Assembly: GCA_038046605.1 (NCBI GenBank)
Contig: JBBSVW010000055.1
Location: 1-36,963, forward strand
DNA from: Candidatus Micrarchaeota archaeon
GTDB lineage: Archaea > Micrarchaeota > Micrarchaeia > Norongarragalinales > SBBD01
Direction of reading: 5' to 3'
Length of the DNA: 36,963 nt
Below the pieces are notes generated by a model. It did not search any database and was not told the DNA's origin. It saw only the letters and a list, made by a program, of their open reading frames with translations. This document shows positions 28,953 through 36,963 of this stretch, piece by piece. Within the stretch, counting starts at the first letter, position 1. The number at the start of each line of letters is the position of its first letter. A program made the position numbers and the translations under genes.

Positions 28953-29423
28953 ATGTCAAAACTTATTGCAATCATCCGGATCCGTGGAAGCATGGAAACA
29001 AGGAGCAGGACGGAAGATTCCCTAAAACAGATGCATCTTGGGCGAAAGCACAGCTGCATCCTCATGCAGGATACGCCGCAACTTCACGGCTTCCTGATCC
29101 AATGCAGGGACTTCATCACCTGGGGGGAAGTTGACGAAAAATTGGTTTCCAGCCTTCTTGCGGCGCGTGGAGGGATGGAAGGAGGCAAAAAACTAACTGA
29201 TTCCGAACTTTCAAAAAGCTCTAAATTCAAATCGATTGATGATTTTTCAAAAGCGCTTGTGGATGGCTCAGCAAAACTTAAGGATGTGCCTTCAATCAAG
29301 CCGCTTTTCCGCCTAAGCCCCCCAAGGAAGGGCTTCAAGGGCTCAATCAAGCTTCCCTATCCCAAGGGCGCGCTTGGCAACCGGAAGGAAAAGATTTGCG
29401 AGCTTATTGGACGGATGCTTTGA
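28953..29423 (+). CDS. rpl30: 50S ribosomal protein L30 (uL30, archaeal long form)
   Basis: IAIIRIRG, FITWGE, FRLSPPRKGF, GALGNR. Confidence 0.95.
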   Translation: MSKLIAIIRIRGSMETRSRTEDSLKQMHLGRKHSCILMQDTPQLHGFLIQCRDFITWGEVDEKLVSSLLAARGGMEGGKKLTDSELSKSSKFKSIDDFSKALVDGSAKLKDVPSIKPLFRLSPPRKGFKGSIKLPYPKGALGNRKEKICELIGRML

Positions 29424-29538
29424 AATCTGTTTTTTCAATTTCGAATTTTAATGGCTTTACGGATAGGCTTGGATGATGGGGATCGATTTTACTAATTTTC
29501 AGGGCAGAAATCAAATTACCTGCATTTATTAAAAAAAA

Positions 29539-29570
29539 GAAAAGCCCGCCTTCCCATTAGGCGGGTTTTC
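29539..29570. terminator. GC-rich hairpin flanked by A/T runs; probable terminator
   Basis: GAAAAGCCCGCCT-TCCCATT-AGGCGGGTTTTC, preceded by an A-run (U-tract on the minus strand). Confidence 0.55.
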
Positions 29571-29878
29571 AAAACCCTTTAAGCCTCCTCCGTATTTGCA
29601 CTCGAATGAAGGGCGCGGTAGGTCTTGAACAGGAACAAGGAAAACGCGAATGTCACCGCAACGCTTGCCAGCATGACGCCTATCTCATTCATCCCCACCA
29701 CCGCATGCTTCAGGCAAAACTTTAATATATTGCCTTGTCGTTTTATTTGCGACAACAAACTTATTGATTGGGGGAAAAAATTCAACTTCAAAAAAAGGGG
29801 AAATGATTAAACGGTTTTTGGATGGTCAAATCCTCCGTTCGTTTTTAATTTGATAGCCTGAAATTTAGCTGGTAATTT

Positions 29879-30649
29879 ATGGTCAAGGAAACCCTGAAAA
29901 AATTGGGCCTAAGCGATGCCGAAGCGGATGTCTATTTATGCCTTCTTCGAAACGGCCCCCTTCGTGCCAGCGAAATTGCAAAGAAAGCGGGAATGTACCG
30001 CCCATACGTTTATGACAACCTGAACAAGCTCATGGCAAGGGGCCTTGCTTCCAACATCATCATAGATGGGAAAAAACAGTTCAAGGCAGCAAACCCCGAC
30101 ACATTGCGCGATTACCTCAAAGGGAAAATGGACGAGGTTGAAAGCGCCCTTCCCGAGCTTCACAAGCAAATGGCGCAGGCAAGCCAGGGGGCATTTGTTG
30201 AGGTTTACAAGGGAAAGAATGCGGTCCGCAAAGCGCACCTGGACATCCTTCGCATCCTCAAGGAAAATCCCAATATTGAGCATTTGGGCCTTGGGATAGA
30301 TGAGGAGCTTTGGATAAAAAACGAGCCCAGCTTTTCTAGGTGGTTCATAAAGCAGCTTGAAAAAAACAAAATCAGGGAGCGCATGATAACCTATGAAAAT
30401 GAAAAGGTATTCTCGGGGGGGAAAACCTCCCAGTATAGGTTCATTCCCGAACAATTCTTCAATCCCACAATGATTTACATCGATTGGGATTTGGTGACGA
30501 TCATCCTTTGGGCGGACCCAAATGTTGCAATAAAAATCCGCAGCACGGAACTTTCCGATTCCTACCGCAAGCAATTCGAGCTTACATGGAAACATGGCAA
30601 AAGGAAGAAATGGAAGCAAACACCCATCGAAAAGGAAAAAGCCGGGTGA
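29879..30649 (+). CDS. TrmB family transcriptional regulator
   Basis: LKKLGLSDAEADVYLCLL, EIAKKAGMYRPYVYDNLNKL, FKAANP, VEVYKG, IYIDWDLV, FELTW. Confidence 0.9.
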   Translation: MVKETLKKLGLSDAEADVYLCLLRNGPLRASEIAKKAGMYRPYVYDNLNKLMARGLASNIIIDGKKQFKAANPDTLRDYLKGKMDEVESALPELHKQMAQASQGAFVEVYKGKNAVRKAHLDILRILKENPNIEHLGLGIDEELWIKNEPSFSRWFIKQLEKNKIRERMITYENEKVFSGGKTSQYRFIPEQFFNPTMIYIDWDLVTIILWADPNVAIKIRSTELSDSYRKQFELTWKHGKRKKWKQTPIEKEKAG

Positions 30650-30738
30650 TGGATATTCATGTTAGATGATTGTCGATTAAGCGGCGCAATATGCCCCATT
30701 AATATTTTTTTCCATGCAAATAGGTTTTTCGGGGCAAA

Positions 30739-32172
30739 ATGGGGAAAAAAAGAATGGCATCGTTTATCCTTGGAGTGTTTGCGCTAGCTTTGCTAATGGC
30801 TATTCCGGCGGGCGCGCTTTTCCCCGGCCTTGAGGCAAACAAGCCAATCTGGAATTCACCAACTCCAGAAGCATCATTTTCACCATCTCCGATAGCATCT
30901 TTTTCAGATCCTTCCCCCCAAAAAACGGCCAGTTGCACGCAGGAGGTTTGTGATGGGCTGGACAATGATTGCAACCAGCTTATTGATGATGGGAACTTGT
31001 GCGTATCCGGCTATGCCTGCGTGCAAGGAGGGTGCATCCGCGATGGGCCGCCGGATGGCGCAATGCCGCTAACCCAATCAACTCCCATTGACCTTGGCGC
31101 CTTTGCGAAATCCCAAACCGCCAATTATTTTGCCGGCTCAAAAAAGATAGCTGAAAAGGAAAATTCCAATTTGAAATACATCCATGGCGACAACCTTGGC
31201 AGCCCCGTGCTGAAAACGGACTCCGCCGGTACGGCAATTGCCGGCACATCCGCCGCTTATGATTCATTTGGCGCTTCCACCGGTGCCTCCGCGGAATTCA
31301 CCGGAAAACCCATGGATGAGGGCACCGGCCTTGCCTACTTCGGCGCGCGCTTTTACGATCCCCAAATCGGCAGGTTCGTTTCCGCCGATTCGCTTCCAGG
31401 AAAGGCCGCCATTCCCCAGACATTCAACCGCTACAGCTATGTGAGCAACAATCCCCTGAAATACATTGACCCTTCTGGAAGGCAGCAAAAATCAGCCCAA
31501 AATAACGTCTACTTTTATGATTCGTCTAATGCAGATGCAATCGGGATGGCCAATGAGATTATTTCCTATGTGGAATCAAAGGGCATGAAGATTAGGGGAG
31601 TAGGCGGGCTGGATGTTGAGTTTCTCGATTCAAATTCTGGCGATTCCCTGATTTACGGAAACCTTGGCCAGAACGGGCAGACCATCTTTACCCTGGCAAT
31701 GACGATAACCTACATGCCAAAAGGCTCAAGTTCCGCTATTACTGAGACAAACATTTATTCGACATACGATGAGGCTAGGGGGGTTATTGACAGCCTAAGC
31801 CAGCAAAATGATGTGGTCGATGCCCAATTTTTAGTTGCAAACAAGGTCCGGGTAAAGCCGGAATTCTTCAGCTATTTCTTCCCGGTAGATCCGAACCTGG
31901 ACCAAGAGCAGCTCGCCCGCCATTATTTTCCATACGCCCTGTATCCACACGAACTTAAGCATAATTATGATTTCTTCAAAACGATGGGCGAAATCGACAG
32001 CACTGCCTCCGAAAGGAACGCGTTTGGATTCGAGCTAAATGCAATTGATGAGCTCCTGATCCCCAAGGTCAAATCGGATTACAATGCGGGCCTAATAACC
32101 AACGCGCAGAGGGATTTTGTGCTTCAAAATCTAGTGCCCGTATGGCGCAACCAAGCAAAAGCAAATAAGTAG
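30739..32172 (+). CDS. Secreted RHS-repeat-associated core protein with Cys-rich motif and C-terminal HExxH domain
   Basis: Signal peptide; EVCDGLDNDCNQLIDD motif; YIHGDNLGS, FTGKPMDEGTGLAYFGARFYDPQIGRF, PQTFNRYSYVSNNPLKYIDPSG; HELKH in the tail. Confidence 0.9.
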   Translation: MGKKRMASFILGVFALALLMAIPAGALFPGLEANKPIWNSPTPEASFSPSPIASFSDPSPQKTASCTQEVCDGLDNDCNQLIDDGNLCVSGYACVQGGCIRDGPPDGAMPLTQSTPIDLGAFAKSQTANYFAGSKKIAEKENSNLKYIHGDNLGSPVLKTDSAGTAIAGTSAAYDSFGASTGASAEFTGKPMDEGTGLAYFGARFYDPQIGRFVSADSLPGKAAIPQTFNRYSYVSNNPLKYIDPSGRQQKSAQNNVYFYDSSNADAIGMANEIISYVESKGMKIRGVGGLDVEFLDSNSGDSLIYGNLGQNGQTIFTLAMTITYMPKGSSSAITETNIYSTYDEARGVIDSLSQQNDVVDAQFLVANKVRVKPEFFSYFFPVDPNLDQEQLARHYFPYALYPHELKHNYDFFKTMGEIDSTASERNAFGFELNAIDELLIPKVKSDYNAGLITNAQRDFVLQNLVPVWRNQAKANK

Positions 32173-32208
32173 CGAGTATCTGCCAATTAGATAATCAGAA
32201 ATAAACGT

Positions 32209-32688
32209 TCATTTCCTCCGTCTTCCAATCCATTCCATTACCGGGCTTTGGCGCCTGCTCACAGGAACTGATGGCCTGAATTCATTGACCGGTACTTCTT
32301 TCCCGCCCAGCCTGAATCTGCCCTCGAAATGATGCTTAACCCACCCTTCCCTGCTTGGAATAAGGCCAATTCCAGTTGAATCATGTATTTCCTTGAACAT
32401 CGAATCTATGCGGTTCCTTGGAGGAAGCCTTCCCTGAGGCGGAGGGACCCTCGTCCATTTGAAGAAAATTGTCTTTTCCCTAGGAAGCCCTAAAACCGTA
32501 TCAATCTGGGCTGGCCTAGCAATTTCAAAGCCATACCTTTGGGGAATCCCCGTAAGGGATACTTTGCGCTCGACTTCGGGCGTAATTGGCCTTGGGGAAA
32601 ATCCCTTTCCTGCCGCTGCAACTGCAACAAGCAAAAGCATCGTGCCGATGGCGGATTTCAGGTGCCCCTTTCTTGCCGCTATATCCAT
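32209..32688 (-). CDS. Hypothetical basic protein with N-terminal hydrophobic segment
   Basis: MDIAARKGHLKSAIGTMLLLVAVAAAG...; about 159 aa, convergent with the RHS-core gene. Confidence 0.5.
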   Translation of the reverse strand: MDIAARKGHLKSAIGTMLLLVAVAAAGKGFSPRPITPEVERKVSLTGIPQRYGFEIARPAQIDTVLGLPREKTIFFKWTRVPPPQGRLPPRNRIDSMFKEIHDSTGIGLIPSREGWVKHHFEGRFRLGGKEVPVNEFRPSVPVSRRQSPVMEWIGRRRK

Positions 32689-32856
32689 TCGACCACGCAA
32701 CGATAGGGCATTTGCACCTTAATAATATTGCCGCTTGCCAAGAACTGCTTTTTTCCATTCTCCTTTTTAAAAAAAACATATGGGGCAAAATCCTTTCGGA
32801 CTTGCAAATTAGGGGAATAGCAATATTTATTAATAAAAAAAATCAGGTAGAATACA

Positions 32857-35403
32857 ATGTGGATTAGACAAGGTTCGTCAATACGCGTAGCAGCGCTAAT
32901 GCTATTATTTTCTATTTCAATTTCTTTTGCAGCCATTGCGCCCCCTTCTCCAGCTGCAATGCAGCCTTATTCGCGGGGGGATGTCGCATTCAACGGGGAT
33001 ATGTCCTTTAGCATTCCTCTAATGGATGTTCCGGCAACCGGCGGACTCTCATTCCCAATTGTTGCACACTACCAAACCGGAATCCGGGTTGATGATGCAC
33101 CCGGCCCAATTGGAATTGGCTGGAATTTGGAAACCGGCTCGGTTAGGCGCATCCAGATGGGGCCAGCTGTTGATTTCCACGACATAAGCGAAATCGACCC
33201 AACCTTCAATGCATACGACCCAGTCCCCGATGCATTCTATGTCACTTTTCCAACCGGAGGAATGAAATTCTTCAATTATGGCACGGTTAGCGCCCCAAAC
33301 TTCCAGCCCGAATCGGCAAATTCCCCCATGAGGCTTGAGATCATTGATTTCAATTGCCTTCTTCCAAAGCAGGGGGGTGGCTCCTTTGACAATGCCTGCG
33401 ACTATACCGGCTTTGTGCTGACCCTTTCTGATGGAACCAAATATGTTTACAACTATCCATTGAAGGAAACCGTTTCAGATAGATACGACAATGGCGATGA
33501 ATTCCGAACCTCCTCTCCAGCATTTGGCAGCTACAAGGGCAACATGGAATGGAAACTTACCGCAATCCTCTCATCCGATTACCAGGAAAACCCCCCGGGA
33601 GTTGAGCCAATCGATTATGATCCCCTTAATTCACAGTCAACTAACCTTGGAAGCTGGATTGCCCTAACCTACTCCAAATACGTCCGGCACTACCAATTTG
33701 AAGGACCCTCCTCGCCCATATTCCACAAGGAATTCGCCTATCCGCTTTTCATCCAATCAAAAACTGCTCGGGCAGTATTCAATTTGCAATTCATGGAAAA
33801 ACAGTACGATTACCAGATGTGGCCCTATGAAATCAACCCAGCATCCGATTCGGAGGGGGACAATTCAATTGAGGAGCAAAATTACCGCTATCAATCCGTT
33901 GATCTCTACAATGCATTTTCGGGCGGATCCAAAATCAAAAGCGTTTCGTTCGAGTTCAATACGGATAATGGCATCACAACAACATCTGAAGAATACAGCC
34001 CTGTAAGCTGTTTATCCGCCGGAATAACGGGTTACCCCCTAAACACCCCCATGTCAAGGCTTATGCTTACTAAAATTACCACTTACGGATATAATTCCGC
34101 AATTTTGCCCCCATACGAATTCAAATATTTCGCCGGACCAACAACTGTTGACGGCAGGCCCTCATGCAGCCGGGCAAGCCCATTCAATAAAAGGGACATA
34201 TTCGGGTATTACACAACAAACCCCGATGGGCTCGATATTGCCTTCGAATCAAATGGCATCCCCAAAACAGATGATGCCAAGGTTTGGAGCCTAAACCAGA
34301 TAAGGTATCCGACAGGAACAACTTACTCCTATGATTTTGAAAACGATGTGCTATACCAGGATTTTGATTTGGATGGCCCGGGAGGCATTTTTTCGGATTC
34401 AACAAACCACATTTATAAAATGGGCGGCATCCGACTAAAATCCACCAGCATTACTGTTGCAAATGACAAGACCTACATTTACTCGCAAGAATACCTAACC
34501 CCAGATGGGCCCCTCCCTGATGCAGCTGGCGGAGTTGGGGTCATTAGCAAAATCCCGCAAAATTATGTGCAAATTAAGCTTGCTTCAGCAGGATATGGTT
34601 ATCTGCCCTCATTTTCCAGCGATATTGGTGAATTTGTATTCTATGGAAAAACCAAATTAGTGCTGCCCGGATCTGCGGGACATGTCATCAGCTATTTTTT
34701 CGAGGGATCGGGCATTGAAAATTATTATGACCAATCGCAGCTAATCTCTGCTAGCTCTATTTGCTACAAGAACAACAATGATTTTTCAAACACGCTATGC
34801 CCATCGCATGGCGAAACATATGTGGGCATGCTGCCTCCTGATGAATATGATGGGCTGATCGGCTTTCCAGTAATGACTAAATATTATGCCAATGGCGGCT
34901 CATCTGATGGTACAACCACTGCTGGCCTTGTGAAGATGGATGAAACCATCCGTTCCCCCACATACACAAAGGTTTTCGAGCAAAGCCCATCCGTTGTCGG
35001 CCCAGCTGGTTTCTTGACGGAGAGGCTCTTTTGGAAGAAGCTGGATTTGCCAACAAAAAGCATCAGCCGGGTTTATGACCCATCCGACCCATCCAAATAC
35101 ATGGCAACTTCGACTAGTTACACTTACTCTGATTTCGCCTCTGAATATCCAACAGTCACAAATATGAATGTGTTCCTGCCAACATCCGCCTCCACTTGCA
35201 AAGTGAATGCGGCAAATTCCTGCATTGGCGCTGTGCGCACGACTTCCACCATTTATGCCTTCCAAAATGATGTGAACAACCCAAATAAGGACATTGCAAA
35301 TTTCCGCGATACCGTCAAGAAAAAATTCATGCTCACCCTCCCAGCCTATGTGGAATCCCCAAAAGGGAAGGCAAAAACGACCTACAAGATTTTGGCAAGT
35401 TGA
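32857..35403 (+). CDS. Secreted protein resembling the N-terminal (SpvB/TcB-like) part of large RHS/YD proteins
   Basis: Signal peptide; FNGDMSFSIPLMDVP...LSFPIVAHY..GI...GPIGIGWNL, PDAFYV, WKLTAI, PPYEFKY, DIFGYY, WSLNQIRYPTG, GGIRLKS. Confidence 0.8.
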   Translation: MWIRQGSSIRVAALMLLFSISISFAAIAPPSPAAMQPYSRGDVAFNGDMSFSIPLMDVPATGGLSFPIVAHYQTGIRVDDAPGPIGIGWNLETGSVRRIQMGPAVDFHDISEIDPTFNAYDPVPDAFYVTFPTGGMKFFNYGTVSAPNFQPESANSPMRLEIIDFNCLLPKQGGGSFDNACDYTGFVLTLSDGTKYVYNYPLKETVSDRYDNGDEFRTSSPAFGSYKGNMEWKLTAILSSDYQENPPGVEPIDYDPLNSQSTNLGSWIALTYSKYVRHYQFEGPSSPIFHKEFAYPLFIQSKTARAVFNLQFMEKQYDYQMWPYEINPASDSEGDNSIEEQNYRYQSVDLYNAFSGGSKIKSVSFEFNTDNGITTTSEEYSPVSCLSAGITGYPLNTPMSRLMLTKITTYGYNSAILPPYEFKYFAGPTTVDGRPSCSRASPFNKRDIFGYYTTNPDGLDIAFESNGIPKTDDAKVWSLNQIRYPTGTTYSYDFENDVLYQDFDLDGPGGIFSDSTNHIYKMGGIRLKSTSITVANDKTYIYSQEYLTPDGPLPDAAGGVGVISKIPQNYVQIKLASAGYGYLPSFSSDIGEFVFYGKTKLVLPGSAGHVISYFFEGSGIENYYDQSQLISASSICYKNNNDFSNTLCPSHGETYVGMLPPDEYDGLIGFPVMTKYYANGGSSDGTTTAGLVKMDETIRSPTYTKVFEQSPSVVGPAGFLTERLFWKKLDLPTKSISRVYDPSDPSKYMATSTSYTYSDFASEYPTVTNMNVFLPTSASTCKVNAANSCIGAVRTTSTIYAFQNDVNNPNKDIANFRDTVKKKFMLTLPAYVESPKGKAKTTYKILAS

Positions 35404-35410
35404 AAAATTT

Positions 35411-36934
35411 ATGACCATAAGAAAATACGTGGCAAAAATCGCAAATAATCAATTATTCATTGATGCAATTACTTTGAAGTCCATCTTATTCCTATTTTTT
35501 ACATTCATTATTTTTATATCTGGAAACGCCGATGCTGACATTGGTTATTGCGTAAATAATTTTGACCAAATTGTGCCAATTGGTTTTATTGAAAAGGACA
35601 TCAATAATGTTGTAACAGGTAGGGTTTGCAAGGCATATGGATCAAACATTGAATACACGGGAAGAATGCTCTACGATTGCACTATTTCTGGTTGCGCTCC
35701 AGGATATACTTGTTTTCATGGCGGAACATGCCAAACATTATCTGCGCCTTGGATATGCCTAGGTAGATTTGGGGAGCCATTGGTTGAAAACACCTGTGAA
35801 ACATTCCTTCCGGGGCATCCTCGGGCAGGACAGCAAACTGGGGATCGATGCTATGTTATTGGAAGTGACCATGACTTAGGGGTTGTAGGCAATTCCCTTT
35901 GCAGCTGCCCAACTGGCTACTATATGGATACCGGCCAATATTCGCCTACTAGGTCAATGTGCCTACCCCTTACTTGTTTTGACAGTGATGGGGATCAATA
36001 TGGCGTTCCCGCTTACGGCAATACCTGCACTTTTGACCATTTGGATTGTAATGATGCAAATAACGGGATAAATGCAGGCGTTTCTGAAATTTGCGGCGAT
36101 GGGATAGACCAGGATTGCTCTGGCGCCGACCTTGCCTGCGTTTGCACTGCTGGTTCAATCCAAGGATGCACAAACATTATTTCGGGAATAAGCAGCCCCG
36201 GAACCCAAACCTGCCTTTCGGATGGTTCAGCATGGGGCGCTTGCGTCGATAATCCGGATGGGATCCCCTGCCCAACTGGATCGACTCAAAGCTGCACAAA
36301 TAATTATGCAGGGCAGGTTTGCGGCGGAATAAGCATTTGCAGCCATGAATCAACCGGATGGAGCTCTTGCTTTGATGACCCAATAGACATTTGCCCCTGC
36401 CAGGATGCATGGGACTGCTCTTCATGGAGCGCTTGCAGTGGAGGCTTAGTATCAAGAACTTGCACTTATAGTGGCACTTGCGCAGCCAAACCCCCAAAAA
36501 CTGAAAACTCGGCTTGCATAGGTGCATTCCTCGACCGGATAGTTCCCTCCAAATCATCCGTATTTTACGTGGACGAAAGCCGCTGGATAGATTCTGCCAC
36601 TTACGGCTATTTTGACCAGCTTACAAATCCCCTTTCCATTACATCAGCTGGCAAAAAGCCAGGCGATGCGGGCATTACCACTTATTTCTCATATTATCCA
36701 GACGGAAGCTTGCTTTCGGAGGCGCATCCCCCAATCAATGGGATGCCCCAAACAAAAAGGTACACTTACGATCCGGCATTCAAAACGCTTTCGACAATTA
36801 TTGATGAAAACAGCCAATCGACCCAATACACTTATGATGATTTTGGGAGGCTCAAAAAAATCATAAAGCCAGGCGCATCCTCCTTAAACCCCTCAACCGA
36901 ATACACATATGCAATTTCCCAATCAAGCGATTAA
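35411..36934 (+). CDS. Secreted Cys-rich protein with C-terminal YD repeats
   Basis: Signal-like N-terminus ending NADA; DCNDAN...EICGDGIDQDCSG motif; TSP1-like WDCSSWSACSGG; TYFSYYPDGSL, RYTYDP, TQYTYDDFGRL. Confidence 0.85.
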   Translation: MTIRKYVAKIANNQLFIDAITLKSILFLFFTFIIFISGNADADIGYCVNNFDQIVPIGFIEKDINNVVTGRVCKAYGSNIEYTGRMLYDCTISGCAPGYTCFHGGTCQTLSAPWICLGRFGEPLVENTCETFLPGHPRAGQQTGDRCYVIGSDHDLGVVGNSLCSCPTGYYMDTGQYSPTRSMCLPLTCFDSDGDQYGVPAYGNTCTFDHLDCNDANNGINAGVSEICGDGIDQDCSGADLACVCTAGSIQGCTNIISGISSPGTQTCLSDGSAWGACVDNPDGIPCPTGSTQSCTNNYAGQVCGGISICSHESTGWSSCFDDPIDICPCQDAWDCSSWSACSGGLVSRTCTYSGTCAAKPPKTENSACIGAFLDRIVPSKSSVFYVDESRWIDSATYGYFDQLTNPLSITSAGKKPGDAGITTYFSYYPDGSLLSEAHPPINGMPQTKRYTYDPAFKTLSTIIDENSQSTQYTYDDFGRLKKIIKPGASSLNPSTEYTYAISQSSD

Positions 36935-36963
36935 TTGGTTTCCGCCAAATCATTGATCGACAC

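Noticed and set aside
29579-29791. Small minus-strand hydrophobic ORF
   Set aside because: It may be real (it ends next to the terminator hairpin), but the start is unclear and there is no recognisable homology
15320-30619. Long antisense ORFs such as 15320-15970, 16807-17490, 25541-26215 and 29936-30619
   Set aside because: Shadow frames opposite well-supported genes
35294-35410. Programmed frameshift fusing the two right-hand RHS-like genes
   Set aside because: The frames overlap, but the downstream gene has its own ATG and signal-like peptide and I saw no convincing slippery site with a stimulator
36959-36963. GACAC at the window end as the start of another element copy
   Set aside because: Only 5 nt are visible

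Overview
Archaeal chromosomal window, probably DPANN/Micrarchaeota-like. The lineage is inferred from the gene set (archaeal SAM synthetase, A-type ATPase, S4e/L32e/L19e, BHB-type tRNA introns) and was not established by a search. The housekeeping content is an rnp1-rps17...rpl30 ribosomal block, atpA (with a 534-aa LAGLIDADG intein), atpB and a separated atpD. There are three tRNAs: Thr-CGT; Arg-CCT with an 88-nt intron; and a minus-strand Ser-TGA with two or three non-canonical introns. Two things stand out. (1) A family of about 45-100 bp GTAG/hairpin elements (GGGGTAGAGGCGACAC...GGTGTC). Two copies sit at gene 3' ends flanked by perfect 36-bp and 23-bp duplications, and another makes up most of a tRNA T-loop intron, with a further copy nested inside it. 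(2) At the right end, a TrmB-adjacent cluster where an RHS/YD-repeat toxin-like architecture appears split over at least three genes. Each gene has its own signal peptide, two carry Cys-rich modules, and the RHS-core gene ends in an HExxH domain.
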